From Candidatus Elulimicrobium sp. (GTDB lineage: Bacteria > Patescibacteriota > Minisyncoccia > Phycocordibacterales > UBA918): a stretch of DNA of 64,000 nucleotides. A program made the position numbers and the translations under genes. Where the stretch lies: contig DYNY01000002.1 of the NCBI GenBank assembly GCA_020720815.1, forward strand, positions 5,980-69,979, read 5' to 3'. The notes under the pieces are model-generated. The model was not told where the DNA came from and searched no databases. It saw only the letters and a program-made list of their open reading frames with translations. Positions within the stretch are counted from its first letter, which is position 1. The number at the start of each line of letters is the position of its first letter. Shown here piece after piece: positions 9,355 to 20,131 of the stretch.

Positions 9355-11544
9355 ATGATAAAAAAATGGTGGAAACACGTCAGTGTTAAAGAATTAATCA
9401 AAGATTTAGTGGCTACGGTTTTTGCCCTATCCATCATCATTTTGGCCGGCTTTTTAATTTGGGTTTCTACATTAGAAATACCAGATCTTTCCTCATTTGA
9501 AGAAAGGCGCGTTCTGCAATCAACTAAAATTTATGACCGCACCGGTGAAGTATTACTTTACGACTTATTTCAAGATGTTCGTCGCACCGTTGTACCATTT
9601 GAAGAAATTTCCCGACATATCAAAAATGCCACCATCGCAATTGAAGACGATCAGTTTTATAACCACCACGGTGTTGAACCAAAAGCGATTGTCCGGGCTG
9701 CTTTAACCAACCTCGGTCAAGGCGATTTATTGGGTGGACAAGGTGGATCAACCCTAACCCAACAAGTCATTAAAAACTCAGTCCTACAGAGAGAGAAAAC
9801 TCTAACTCGTAAAGTTAAAGAGTGGATTTTGGCGATTAAACTTGAGCGGGTTTTAAGCAAGGATGATATTCTTGGTATTTATTTAAATGAATCACCTTAC
9901 GGCGGAACTATTTACGGAGTCGAAGAAGCATCTCAGGCTTTTTTTGCCAAAAAAGCGATCGATGTTTCCTTGAGTGAGGCCGCTTATTTAGCCGCCCTGC
10001 CTCAATCACCTACCTATTTGTCTCCTTATGGAAATAACAAAGAGGCCTTGGACACCAGACAAAAACTAGTCTTGAAAAGAATGCTCGAACAAGGAATGGT
10101 TTCTGAAGAGGAATACAAAATTGCAGAAACTGAGAGTGTTAAATTTCAACCACAGGCTGTTACCGGAATCAGGGCCCCTCACTTTGTGATGTTTGTGCGT
10201 GATCAAATAGTTCGTAAATATGGGGAAGAGGCTCTTTCACAGCGTGGTTTACGTATCATAACCACCCTAGATTGGGATTTACAAAAAGAAGCTGAACGAA
10301 TCGTGGCCGAACGTGGTGCAAGTAACGTCGAAAAATTTAAAGCTACTAATGCCGGTATGGTAGCTACCGATCCAAAAACCGGTGACTTACTTGTAATGGT
10401 CGGTTCGCGTGATTATTTTAGTGAGGAAATAGAAGGCAACTTCAATATCGCCCTAGCCTCCAGACAGCCAGGCTCATCAATCAAGCCATTTATTTATGCA
10501 ACCGCTTTTAGTAAAGGCTTCTTGCCTGATACTATTGTTTTTGATGTTCGCACCCAATTCTCACCACTTTGTCCGCCAGACAGCTTTAGCTCAGAATCTC
10601 CTTGTTATTCTCCTAATAATTACAACAATAAATTTAAGGGTCCAATTAATTTAAGAAATGCTCTAGCTCAATCACTAAACATACCAGCGGTGAAGGTTCT
10701 TTATTTGGCCGGAGTAAAGGATTCCTTAAAATTAGCTGCCGACATGGGTATTACCACCCTCAATGACCCGGAACGCTACGGTCTAACCTTAGTCCTTGGT
10801 GGTGGTGAAGTTAGATTGATAGACATGACTTATGCCTACGGCGTTTTTGCTAATGAGGGTATCGTTGCTGAACCACGGAGTATCCTTAAAGTAGAAGATA
10901 ATCGTGGCAATATCATAGATGAAACTCCTATTGCAACTAAACGTGTTCTTGATAAAAATGTCGCTTTAATGATTAGCAATATACTTTCCGATAATGTGGC
11001 TCGCACGCCACTTTGGGGAGCCAACTCTTTGGTAAACTTTCCTAATCGTTCGGTAGCATCTAAAACCGGTAGTACTAATAATCTACGAGATGCTTGGCTG
11101 ATGGGCTATGCACCAAACATTGCGGTTGGTACCTGGGTTGGTAACAACAATAATAGCCCTATGGGGGGAGGTCTATCTGGCTTAATTGTTACTCCAATGT
11201 GGCGTGAGTTTATGGATTATGCTTTAACTAAATTACCAGAGGAAAGTTTTTCCCAACCAACTATTAATCGAGTCGGGGTAAAGCCGATTATTCGAGGTGA
11301 ATTTATTGACACTACAGAACTATTACAAACTGTATCTACTAGCGGAAAAATTGATATAACACAAATTTACAACAATATTCACACCATTCTCTATTATGTT
11401 GATAAAAATAACTCTACTGGACCAGATCCTATAAACCCCGCCAATGATCCACAATACGAAAACTGGGAATATGCTGTCCAAGCCTGGAAAAAAGAGACCT
11501 ATGGCCTTCCTTTTACATCTAGCACTACTCCAGAGATAAACTAA
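9355..11544 (+). CDS. Class A penicillin-binding protein (transglycosylase/transpeptidase)
   Basis: N-terminal TM; IED..FY.H.G and GGSTLTQQ; SSIK (SxxK), SLN and KTG motifs. Confidence 0.95.
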   Translation: MIKKWWKHVSVKELIKDLVATVFALSIIILAGFLIWVSTLEIPDLSSFEERRVLQSTKIYDRTGEVLLYDLFQDVRRTVVPFEEISRHIKNATIAIEDDQFYNHHGVEPKAIVRAALTNLGQGDLLGGQGGSTLTQQVIKNSVLQREKTLTRKVKEWILAIKLERVLSKDDILGIYLNESPYGGTIYGVEEASQAFFAKKAIDVSLSEAAYLAALPQSPTYLSPYGNNKEALDTRQKLVLKRMLEQGMVSEEEYKIAETESVKFQPQAVTGIRAPHFVMFVRDQIVRKYGEEALSQRGLRIITTLDWDLQKEAERIVAERGASNVEKFKATNAGMVATDPKTGDLLVMVGSRDYFSEEIEGNFNIALASRQPGSSIKPFIYATAFSKGFLPDTIVFDVRTQFSPLCPPDSFSSESPCYSPNNYNNKFKGPINLRNALAQSLNIPAVKVLYLAGVKDSLKLAADMGITTLNDPERYGLTLVLGGGEVRLIDMTYAYGVFANEGIVAEPRSILKVEDNRGNIIDETPIATKRVLDKNVALMISNILSDNVARTPLWGANSLVNFPNRSVASKTGSTNNLRDAWLMGYAPNIAVGTWVGNNNNSPMGGGLSGLIVTPMWREFMDYALTKLPEESFSQPTINRVGVKPIIRGEFIDTTELLQTVSTSGKIDITQIYNNIHTILYYVDKNNSTGPDPINPANDPQYENWEYAVQAWKKETYGLPFTSSTTPEIN

Positions 11545-11549
11545 CCATT

Positions 11550-11840
11550 TTAAAAAATATACAAGGGTGAATTTTTTTTTTCCAACCGCTTGTTAAGTTC
11601 TTTAAGAATTTCACGACTCTTTATTTTAATCTCCTGTTTTATCATCCCTGACACTTGTAAATTAACCGTTCTAGTACTAACTGTATAAGTGATTTGATTT
11701 TCTTTTATAGAAAGGCCCGTACACTCACCAATTACTCTAATAGTTTCCATTTCCACAGTTTTTTGTGGTGGAATTAGAATATTTTTATATTTACTAAATA
11801 AATCCTTAATAGAAATAACTTCTCCTCTTCTTTTTAACAT
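11550..11840 (-). CDS. Small basic protein, possible DciA/DUF721 helicase loader
   Basis: Starts 1 nt after the dnaN stop; C-terminal V.LQVS...KQEIK.K.REIL.ELN.RL resembles the DUF721 pattern. Confidence 0.5.
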   Translation of the reverse strand: MLKRRGEVISIKDLFSKYKNILIPPQKTVEMETIRVIGECTGLSIKENQITYTVSTRTVNLQVSGMIKQEIKIKSREILKELNKRLEKKNSPLYIF

Positions 11841-11841
11841 A

Positions 11842-12939
11842 CTAACGATTCATTGGCATTACTAAATAACGTAAGGTTTTATCTGACACACCAGTAATAA
11901 CGAGTGGTCTACCAATTCCTGCAAAATGTAAAATTATACTCTCGTCTGAAATATGAGATAAAGGATCACTAATATATTGTTGATTAAAATTAAGCGTTAA
12001 TTCATCTCCCTCAACCACAGCTGGTACCGAGTCTGTAACATGTCCTACTTCATTATTTTGTGAAGACAAGGAAATATTACCTTCTAATACAGATAAAGTG
12101 ACTTGTTGATATTTATTTAAAAAGACTGAGGTTTTTTTAAGGGCTTTCAAAAGGTCATTTTTGAGTACTGTGGCGTGTGAACTGTATTCTTTAGGAATTA
12201 TCTGTTCGTAGTCTGGAAAAGAGCCTGAAACGAGCCTAGAGGTAATATAGACCCCTTCCTCATTAAAAGAGAGAGCACATTGATTTTCAGTTACTAATAA
12301 GTCTGGATCATTTTTTAATAAATCACACAGTCGTGAAAGTTCTACTGCATTTTTTTGTGGTATCAAAAAACCTTGTTCTAAAATAACTCCTTTTTGTGGC
12401 ACAGTTTTTTCCATTAAACGAAAAGAGTCAGTTGAAACAAAAGTTAATGAATGTTCTTTCTTTTGTTGAATATAAACACTGCCAAGCTCTGGCTTAATTG
12501 AAGATAAGGAAGCTGCAAAAGAGGCAGTTTTTATTCCTAATGAAAACAAAGCTCTATTTATTTTAATTACTTCTCCTTTTAGACGATTGATAACTGGAAA
12601 TTCATCGTGTGGAATGGATTTAATAGAAGTATTAGTTTTTTGGGATTCAATTAATAACAAACCTTCTTCTGCCCGTAAACAGATTTCTCCTTCTGTATTA
12701 TATTGGATACTTTGTAATAAAGTATTAGCTGGTACAGCAATAATACCTACTTCTATTACCCGGCAAGGAATCTCTATTTCAATACTTAATTCTAAATTGG
12801 TGGCTTTTAAAATTAATTTTTCTTCTTTAGCTTCTAATAAGACACACTGTAAAACAGGTAGTGTAACATGCTTAGTACTAATTCTAGTCAATAACTCTAA
12901 GGTTTGTGCTAACTGTGGACGAGAAATGTTTATTTCCAT
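11842..12939 (-). CDS. dnaN: DNA polymerase III beta clamp
   Basis: ATNLE, STDSFRL, SRLVSGSFPDY, YLVMPM; follows dnaA. Confidence 0.97.
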   Translation of the reverse strand: MEINISRPQLAQTLELLTRISTKHVTLPVLQCVLLEAKEEKLILKATNLELSIEIEIPCRVIEVGIIAVPANTLLQSIQYNTEGEICLRAEEGLLLIESQKTNTSIKSIPHDEFPVINRLKGEVIKINRALFSLGIKTASFAASLSSIKPELGSVYIQQKKEHSLTFVSTDSFRLMEKTVPQKGVILEQGFLIPQKNAVELSRLCDLLKNDPDLLVTENQCALSFNEEGVYITSRLVSGSFPDYEQIIPKEYSSHATVLKNDLLKALKKTSVFLNKYQQVTLSVLEGNISLSSQNNEVGHVTDSVPAVVEGDELTLNFNQQYISDPLSHISDESIILHFAGIGRPLVITGVSDKTLRYLVMPMNR

Positions 12940-13200
12940 ATTAAAACTATTTTACTATTTATTATTAGGGCTGTGGAAGTGTGCATATATAAAATATATG
13001 TTCTATTGTTTGGCTATTTTATACACAGCTAAGTATTAATAAGTTTAGGATAGAGTAAATTTGCTTGTGTATAAAGAAAATTCTATCTAGTGTTTAGTAA
13101 TTTTGTGGGGATAATATATTTTATACTACCTACTTATACAAAGCTATATATTAGTTTTTACTATACCCTGTCCTTAGTTTGTACACACCCTTTTCCAAGG
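12940..13200. promoter_or_regulatory. Probable oriC (dnaA-dnaN spacer) with DnaA boxes
   Basis: AT-rich; TTATACACA 13019-13027, TGTGTATAA 13066-13074, TGGGGATAA 13106-13114, TTATACAAA 13134-13142. By eye the plus strand is C-rich left of this block and G-rich right of it. Confidence 0.7.
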
Positions 13201-13232
13201 TTTAAAAATAGGGCCGAAGCCCTATTTTTAAA
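13201..13232 (-). terminator. Hairpin/terminator after dnaA
   Basis: tttaaaaatagggc-cgaa-gccctatttttaaa. Confidence 0.75.
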
Positions 13233-13234
13233 CT

Positions 13235-14620
13235 CTATTTAAGGAGAATACGAATCTGAGATATTTCCTCTTCTAGCTCAGTATTTAGTTTTAGTTCCGC
13301 TTTAATCTTTTCACAAGAGTGAATAACTGTGGTGTGATCTCTTCCTCCTAATTTTTTACCAATTGCTGGATAAGAAACTTGAAAATCTTCACGGAGTAAG
13401 TACATAATAATTTGTCGTGGTTTTACAATTTCTTTACGACGAGTTTTCTCATAAATACTACTTTGATCAATATCAAAGTAGTGTGCCACTTTATCCACTA
13501 CATCTGAAACTGCTAGAGTCTTACGTGGTCTGGAACTATTCTTAATTATTACCTTGACTTCATCTAGAGACAAAGTTCGACCTAGGAGTTGTGATTGACA
13601 CATAATAGTATTTAGAGCCCCTTCAAGTTCACGTATATTACCTTCAATGGTATAAGCTAAATGATTTACCACTTCGTCAGCTAGGGTAATACTGTTTTGA
13701 GCTGCTTTAGCACGTAAAATAGCGGCCCGAGATTCTAGGTCAGGAGCTGGAATATCAACAATCATACCTTGAGCAAAACGAGAACGGAGTCGATCTTCTA
13801 ATCCAGCTAGTAAAGCTGGGTGCATATCACTAGAAAAAACAATTTGTTTATTAGTATCATGTAAGGCATTAAAAAGATGAAAAAGTTCCTCTTGAGTTTT
13901 TTCTTTAGTAGCTAAGAATTGCACATCGTCCATGATAAGTACGTCATACTGGCGATATTTATCTTTAAATGTATTAGCTGAACCACTTTGGAGGGAGTTA
14001 AAATAATCTACAGCAAAGCGTTCACTAGTGACATAAAATACCTTCTTACCAGTTTTTTTAATCTGATTACCAACCGCTTGAATTAGATGTGTTTTACCGT
14101 GACCGGTTTTGCCATAAATAAAGAGAGGGTTATAAGCAATACCAGGCTTTTCACTAACCGTTTTGGCTGCAGCATGAGCCAAAGCATTATAAGGCCCAAT
14201 AACAAAGGTTTCAAAAGAATATTTAGGATTTAGGTTATCACTTTTATTAATATAATATTCCTCTAAAGGTAAAGCAGCGTTAACGGTTTGGGTCTTACTA
14301 CTCTCCCCGCGACGATCACTTCTTTGTACAACATCATACTCAATACTGCGCACATAAGGAGTTAGTTCACGTAAAGTTTTAAGGATCATTGACTGAAATT
14401 TGTCTTGAAGCCAATCTTTAACAAATACGCTCGGTACGGCTAAGGTAGCCGTACCGTCTTCTAGTGAGAGAATGTAAGTATCTCGAAACCAAGTTTTAAA
14501 GTTGGCTGGAGTAATAGCCAGTTCAATTTTTACTAAAGCATCATCCCAAAGCTTTTTAATATCAATATGTTCAGTCCGTACGATACTAGAGGCAGATGAA
14601 GGATGTGTAATTGGATTCAT
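13235..14620 (-). CDS. dnaA: Chromosomal replication initiator DnaA
   Basis: YNPLFIYGKTGHGKTHL, DDVQFL, QEELFHLFN, GGRDHTTVIH. Confidence 0.98.
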   Translation of the reverse strand: MNPITHPSSASSIVRTEHIDIKKLWDDALVKIELAITPANFKTWFRDTYILSLEDGTATLAVPSVFVKDWLQDKFQSMILKTLRELTPYVRSIEYDVVQRSDRRGESSKTQTVNAALPLEEYYINKSDNLNPKYSFETFVIGPYNALAHAAAKTVSEKPGIAYNPLFIYGKTGHGKTHLIQAVGNQIKKTGKKVFYVTSERFAVDYFNSLQSGSANTFKDKYRQYDVLIMDDVQFLATKEKTQEELFHLFNALHDTNKQIVFSSDMHPALLAGLEDRLRSRFAQGMIVDIPAPDLESRAAILRAKAAQNSITLADEVVNHLAYTIEGNIRELEGALNTIMCQSQLLGRTLSLDEVKVIIKNSSRPRKTLAVSDVVDKVAHYFDIDQSSIYEKTRRKEIVKPRQIIMYLLREDFQVSYPAIGKKLGGRDHTTVIHSCEKIKAELKLNTELEEEISQIRILLK

Positions 14621-14735
14621 ATCAAGATAAATAATCTAAACAGTAATGAGCATTATACCTGCATTAAGGCGACTGTAAAATATTTTGGTTTCGATTAGGA
14701 AATAACAAATCATTTTGAGTCTTTAAAAGTGCAAC

Positions 14736-14755
14736 TGTGTATAACCGGTGTATAA
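14736..14755. promoter_or_regulatory. Two DnaA boxes in the dnaA-rpmH spacer
   Basis: TGTGTATAA 14736-14744 and GGTGTATAA 14747-14755. Confidence 0.65.
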
Positions 14756-14845
14756 ATTAAGACAAACCATTCCCCTTTTGTCGACTATTGAATTATTTAG
14801 GAGTTCATGTATAGTGTGTCGGTATTTCAAATACTAAATATTTCT

Positions 14846-14995
14846 ATGAGTAAAAGAACCTACCAACCAAGTAAGAAAAAAAGAGCTACAACCCATGGTT
14901 TTCTAGTACGAAGTGAAACTACTTCTGGGGCCAAGGTGCTACGAGAACGTCGTCGAAAGGGGCGTGCCCAACTAACCGTAAAAAAAGCTCGTTAA
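14846..14995 (+). CDS. rpmH: 50S ribosomal protein L34
   Basis: [19 protein letters not shown]...RRRKGR. Confidence 0.96.
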   Translation: MSKRTYQPSKKKRATTHGFLVRSETTSGAKVLRERRRKGRAQLTVKKAR

Positions 14996-15026
14996 GAGCT
15001 TTTTTTATTTGTTATACTTACATCTA

Positions 15027-15359
15027 ATGCTTAAGAAACAGCAACGATTACCCCGATTTCAATTTAGAGAAGTTTTTGCGGAGGGAAAGAGAATCCAAGG
15101 CTTAAACACTACCTTAATTGTTAGTAAAGATACAACATTTAAATGTTCTGTTGTAGTGAGTAAAAAAGTGGCTAAAAAAGCTCATGATAGAAATCGGATT
15201 AGGCGCCGACTCTATACTTTGGTTGGGGAATTAATTTCTCTAAGACCGCTAGCTTTAGCTTTAATAATAGTTGTAAAACCAGTTATTATGAAGTTAAATA
15301 AAAGCGATTTCAGAGAAATACTGAAGGTTGAGATTGGACGTGGCTTTAATAACAGGTAG
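15027..15359 (+). CDS. rnpA: RNase P protein
   Basis: VSKKVAKKAHDRNRIRRRL (RNR motif); rpmH-rnpA-yidC synteny. Confidence 0.93.
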   Translation: MLKKQQRLPRFQFREVFAEGKRIQGLNTTLIVSKDTTFKCSVVVSKKVAKKAHDRNRIRRRLYTLVGELISLRPLALALIIVVKPVIMKLNKSDFREILKVEIGRGFNNR

Positions 15360-15369
15360 AATAGCACTT

Positions 15370-16098
15370 ATGTTTATTTATATTTGGCATACATTTTTTT
15401 TTGACCCCGTTTATAACGGGCTGATCTTTTTTATTGATGTAATACCCCGGGGTGACGTTGGATTAGCAATTATAGCTATAGTGATTTTAGTTAAAACTAT
15501 TCTTCTCCCCCTTTCTATCAAGGCCGTTAAAACGCAAAAGATAATGCGTGAAATTGAACCAAAGTTAAAAGAATTAAAAGAGAAATACAAAGACAATCGA
15601 GAAGAACAAGCTAGGGCTATGATGTCTATCTATAAAGAAGCAGGGATGAACCCGTTCGTCAGTATTGTCCTAATGTTTATACAAATTCCCATTATTATTT
15701 CCCTTTACTACTCGGTTTATAGTGGCGGTGGAATTGCTCTGCCTGATATAAATAACGAACTCCTATACTCTTTTGTGGCTAGCCCAGTGACAGTTAGTAT
15801 GAATTTTCTTGGTCATATTGATATTGCTGCTAAAAGCGTCTGGTTGGCTCTACTGGCTTCTGGAACGCAGTTTTTCCAGATAAAACTATCTATGCCAGCT
15901 ATAGAACCTAGAGATCCTTCTACTCCAGGAAATATGAAAGAAGATTTTATGAGAAATCTACAACTACAAATGCGTTATGGTATGCCAGTACTCATATTCT
16001 TTGCCGCTTACTTTATTTCCGCTGCGATTGCACTTTATTTCTTTGTCAGTAATGCGGTAGCAATTTTACAGGAGTTTTACGTTAGACGACACCGCTAA
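15370..16098 (+). CDS. yidC: Membrane protein insertase YidC/Oxa1
   Basis: G.AII..ILV..LLPL, IEPKLKELKEKY, YKEAGMNP, IQIPI. Confidence 0.93.
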   Translation: MFIYIWHTFFFDPVYNGLIFFIDVIPRGDVGLAIIAIVILVKTILLPLSIKAVKTQKIMREIEPKLKELKEKYKDNREEQARAMMSIYKEAGMNPFVSIVLMFIQIPIIISLYYSVYSGGGIALPDINNELLYSFVASPVTVSMNFLGHIDIAAKSVWLALLASGTQFFQIKLSMPAIEPRDPSTPGNMKEDFMRNLQLQMRYGMPVLIFFAAYFISAAIALYFFVSNAVAILQEFYVRRHR

Positions 16099-17042
16099 GG
16101 AACAGGCACCGAGACACAAACCAAGTAACCTGGGTAATCTAATTTTATCACCTGTTTAACATTTAAATTAGTAGCTCTAGCAAACTGATGACAGGTATCT
16201 GCAAAAGTTGAAAGGTTGGCAGCATCAATCCAGTTTATGGAAAACGCAGGTACTTGATTAGTACCATCTAAGTAATCAACAGCTAGAAATACACCATAAG
16301 GTGAATCTGGTGAATTTTTAAGAGTGGAGTCGTGGGCTACAGCAAGGGCTTTTAATTTTACTGGGTCGGTAATCATATGTGGTCGGTGGGCAATTTGGTA
16401 ACGGTTAATAATTTTAGGTAAATTAAAAGCTGAGGCTGGTTTAAAAATGGCCTCCAACTCAACAGTTAAGCCGTTTGGTAGTGGATCATAACAAACTTCC
16501 TTATTACCTAGGAAAGAATTGGTTTCATACACATAGCCATTTGAAGTATCACAACCGGCCTTGAAGTTAGGGTCGGTAGGGATTATTGGTCTATAGGTAT
16601 AACCCACACCATGTATGGGTGCCACAGCAGGGACATTGACAACGTTTCCAACAACCGGTTCCGGAAGGGTTATTGGATTCGTAAATATTTCTGTCTCGGC
16701 TAGTTGCGGATTAATGATGGTCAGTACCAAAACCGCTGAAATAACTACCACCAAGCCAAGTAAAGAGCCTCTAATATCACCAATCGCTTCTTGTTTACTA
16801 GTTACTACATCAGACAGCATATACTTAACACCGGCAATAATTATTTTAATGACAGCCATTAGAGCCGCGATAGCAATTGATAGGCCATAAAGAGCATTAA
16901 TATAATCACCAAAACCACTATTAGCTTGAATTCCAGGAATACTGACAAGTGATTTATAGACAAGGGGTTCAGCTGCAAAAGCCAAGATTGGTAGGAGACA
17001 AAAGACAAAGAGTGAAATAAGAATAAAAGATTTAGAGTTCAT
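16095..17042 (-). CDS. TrbC/VirB2-type pilin-domain membrane protein with Cys-containing C-terminal domain
   Basis: Signal peptide, then a hydrophobic hairpin (IIIAGVKYMLS...IRGSLLGLVVVISAVLVLTIINP) typical of CPR T4SS pilin-like domains; start moved to ATG 17042. Confidence 0.65.
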   Translation of the reverse strand: MNSKSFILISLFVFCLLPILAFAAEPLVYKSLVSIPGIQANSGFGDYINALYGLSIAIAALMAVIKIIIAGVKYMLSDVVTSKQEAIGDIRGSLLGLVVVISAVLVLTIINPQLAETEIFTNPITLPEPVVGNVVNVPAVAPIHGVGYTYRPIIPTDPNFKAGCDTSNGYVYETNSFLGNKEVCYDPLPNGLTVELEAIFKPASAFNLPKIINRYQIAHRPHMITDPVKLKALAVAHDSTLKNSPDSPYGVFLAVDYLDGTNQVPAFSINWIDAANLSTFADTCHQFARATNLNVKQVIKLDYPGYLVCVSVPVP

Positions 17043-18213
17043 ACATCCAAAGCGTGTTATCATTTTTGTTAATGAAGTAAAGAGCTTTTTCGCTTTCACC
17101 GATTGCCATATTAATAATATCTAGCTCTCGACCGCCACTTTCACTAAAAGTGTCTACGAGCGGACTAGCTTGTGCCGCCAATAAATCTACTCGCCAAATA
17201 GTATCTTTAAAAGAAATTTTTCCGCGGTACCAGTTGTCAGGGAACTCAACTGGCATAGTATTGCCTTCAACAGCGCACCAAACAAAATCATTGTCCTTTT
17301 GGCTGGCGGAACATTTATCTGGCACAATGATGACTGGACTTTCTACTCGGCTATCACTGGATTTGTTGTATAGATAACTGTAAGGAATAAGATTTTGAAT
17401 TTTAGTGTAAGCAATATGGGTCGGTGTATTGAATGTAATCAGCCCAAAGCCAGCTACCGGAACGCGAGACATAGCTCCTTTACTAAACTTATAGGTGTAG
17501 CCTTCTAGAAGATAAGTCGGTTTGGTATACACGTAGTGATTATCAGTACTACTAGTTCCCCACTGCATCGTCGCTTCATAAAATGGTACGGTAAACAGTT
17601 CGTTTTCTGTATTATTATTTAGATTATAAACACTATTAAGTAAACCAGATGAAGTGGCGGTCACAAAAACTAATTCAGATGAGTTGATGATTTTAAAGTC
17701 ACTCACTGGTTTATCTAATGAGTAAAATTCATAGCCACCTCCAGAGCTCAAATTGCCAATAGTTAACTCCCCAGTGCGGCGATCGTTTCCAAGCCGCACC
17801 GCTACTGTCTTACCATCCTTTGAGAAAGAGGCCATACTAGCCTCTTTTAGGGTGGTATTGGACAAACGTACCTCTTCTTCAGTCGTAAAAGGATTTATGG
17901 TGTAAATATTACCGTTACCAGCCTCGGCGTAGTAAACCAAAATAGGCGTAGAGGTAGAGGCTGGGGCTTCAGTAAAACCAATTACTGGCTTAGTGGTAAG
18001 TTGACGTAGTCTTGGTCGGTCGACATTTACTACTGGCTCGGGAACTGGTGGTGGCGGTATAACCTCCCCACCATTTTCCTGACCTGCTTGTCCAAATGGG
18101 TTCCAGATTTCACTGGGGTTTTTAGGTGTGCCGAAAAATATTAGATAGAGCCAAACTGCCAAGAGTAAAAAAATGATAAGAGTAGCAATTACGACGTAGG
18201 TTTTTTGTGACAT
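17032..18213 (-). CDS. Membrane-anchored secreted protein, probable beta-propeller
   Basis: N-terminal TM, Pro linker, FSKDGK-type propeller repeats. Confidence 0.6.
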   Translation of the reverse strand: MSQKTYVVIATLIIFLLLAVWLYLIFFGTPKNPSEIWNPFGQAGQENGGEVIPPPPVPEPVVNVDRPRLRQLTTKPVIGFTEAPASTSTPILVYYAEAGNGNIYTINPFTTEEEVRLSNTTLKEASMASFSKDGKTVAVRLGNDRRTGELTIGNLSSGGGYEFYSLDKPVSDFKIINSSELVFVTATSSGLLNSVYNLNNNTENELFTVPFYEATMQWGTSSTDNHYVYTKPTYLLEGYTYKFSKGAMSRVPVAGFGLITFNTPTHIAYTKIQNLIPYSYLYNKSSDSRVESPVIIVPDKCSASQKDNDFVWCAVEGNTMPVEFPDNWYRGKISFKDTIWRVDLLAAQASPLVDTFSESGGRELDIINMAIGESEKALYFINKNDNTLWMYEL

Positions 18214-18217
18214 AAAA

Positions 18218-19186
18218 TTAATAACTTACTCTAAAACCTCCTTGCACTCCTTGTAATAATTGAACGGTATTGCGGACATGAAAATCAACATTAGTCTTGC
18301 CACTGAAACCTCCTTCAGTAGCCAAGGTCACCTCGTAGGGGTTGTTAACATTATTGACACTCGTCACGCCATTAATAGACCATTCTAAGAGATCAGGATT
18401 ATTAAAAGTTTTTATATCTAGATAGTAAGGTTCCGCTCGTAAAGTAATACTATTTCCTAGTAGTAGGACTTCTTTATCAACAGCTTTTTGTTTTAAGCCG
18501 TAAAAACCGGTAGATTCATAAAAAGATAAGTTTGGGTAAACTTTAATTAGGTCAAAGATTCGTCGGGCGATTGGTTCACCAGAATCTTTTCTAATATCTA
18601 GGTTAATAGTGGCGTATTTACCTTGGGGCATAGTAAAAGTAATTACGTTACGTCCACGAATTGATCCACCTTCGAGTACCTTTCCATTAAGTTTCCAAGT
18701 ATAGAGAAGGCTGGCTGGCGGAATAGCATTACCATTAACAATAGCGGTTAGGTTAACGATACTTTCGATTGAAGGTAAAGGGCGACCTTTATAAAAGGCT
18801 GGTACTCGGGTCTGAGGTTCAATGATAACATCAAGAAAAACTGGGGCCACCAGTCTTTCGGTCGAAAGACTGCCACCACCAGGATAATCGATAACCAGTT
18901 TAATTTTGGTTAATTCACCTACTTTACCAGAGGTAAGTTTAATGGTGCGTTGATTGATGGCTGAGCTCAACAATTCATCATTAATAAACCAACGCATACC
19001 CGAACCTTGAATTGGTAAACCATAGTCATTAGCAGTAGCTGTAAATTCTGATTCTGGTTCAGGAAAAAATGGGTCAAGGTTAATTTCTAGTTGGGTTTGA
19101 CCATAATCAAGGTTGGGTGAAGACTGAGCATTAATCACTAAAAAAGGTGTGAGTAACAGAACCAAAAATAGTAGTACGTATTTCAT
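18218..19186 (-). CDS. Secreted protein with Ig-like repeats
   Basis: Signal peptide; three W.(I/L)N(G/D) beta-rich repeats. Confidence 0.6.
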   Translation of the reverse strand: MKYVLLFLVLLLTPFLVINAQSSPNLDYGQTQLEINLDPFFPEPESEFTATANDYGLPIQGSGMRWFINDELLSSAINQRTIKLTSGKVGELTKIKLVIDYPGGGSLSTERLVAPVFLDVIIEPQTRVPAFYKGRPLPSIESIVNLTAIVNGNAIPPASLLYTWKLNGKVLEGGSIRGRNVITFTMPQGKYATINLDIRKDSGEPIARRIFDLIKVYPNLSFYESTGFYGLKQKAVDKEVLLLGNSITLRAEPYYLDIKTFNNPDLLEWSINGVTSVNNVNNPYEVTLATEGGFSGKTNVDFHVRNTVQLLQGVQGGFRVSY

Positions 19187-19243
19187 ATCGCTTATAAATA
19201 CATTGTAACAAAGTTTTTTTTCAAAAAAGCGACTATTCACTGC

Positions 19244-20116
19244 TTATTTGGGATGGTACCAGACGGCTGCCATCCATAACAGTACAAAAGGAAATATGTT
19301 AAGCATGGGTGTACTGTAACCGATAATAGACAGTAGTAACATACCAGTTTTTAACCCGCTTCCCCGACCAGTGGTAGGCCTAAGGCCGGCTGCGATGTAC
19401 TGAAAGTAGACAGTTAATATAGAAAGTAGTCCTAGAGCTAATATTAAGGCATATAAACCAGCTGCGATGGAAAAGGCTATTTCGGCGAAGTCGACACCAA
19501 TAAATTTAGCTACTTCATTTACGAGCGAAACAGCCTTGGCTGCTATCCATTTTAACACCCCACCCTCACTTTTGGTTATAGCATCTAAGCCGGCCACAAT
19601 ACCAAAGCTCAAAATTGATAAAATGGCCAATGGTAGTTGTACAAAAATCCAACTATATGTAATCCACGAAGCATTTCTAATAGTGACACTACTAGCGGTC
19701 ATTTTTGCTTTAATGTCAACACCGACGTTATGGTTGATTTTTGGGAGTTGTTTTTTTTGTCTAGAGCTTGAACTTACTTGCGTCCTGGCGCTAGCTTGGG
19801 CATTGCTAATAGCTTGATTAGTCTGGGCTTCGGGTAAACTTTTTTCCTTATCTAGTTTGTCAGTCTTAGCTGAATTACTGCCTAGCCCAAGCGGTCCAAG
19901 CATCTTCTCTCTAAAGGCTTGGTAAGCATAATCTTCATCTATGGTGGATCGGGAAAATCGACCAGTATTGTTGTCTTGTGGAGATACAGGCCCTCGTTGT
20001 TGCCCACCTTCCCAATCGGGGTTTATACCAGACTTACCACTGTAAGGTTTTGCACTTCTGTCCTGACCAGGAATTGGTTTTGGTTTAATTTTATGGTTAT
20101 CATCAAGTAGCGCCAT
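19244..20116 (-). CDS. Hypothetical membrane protein
   Basis: Disordered N-terminus with 3-4 C-terminal TM segments. Confidence 0.7.
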   Translation of the reverse strand: MALLDDNHKIKPKPIPGQDRSAKPYSGKSGINPDWEGGQQRGPVSPQDNNTGRFSRSTIDEDYAYQAFREKMLGPLGLGSNSAKTDKLDKEKSLPEAQTNQAISNAQASARTQVSSSSRQKKQLPKINHNVGVDIKAKMTASSVTIRNASWITYSWIFVQLPLAILSILSFGIVAGLDAITKSEGGVLKWIAAKAVSLVNEVAKFIGVDFAEIAFSIAAGLYALILALGLLSILTVYFQYIAAGLRPTTGRGSGLKTGMLLLSIIGYSTPMLNIFPFVLLWMAAVWYHPK

Positions 20117-20131
20117 AATAGTACCAGTATA

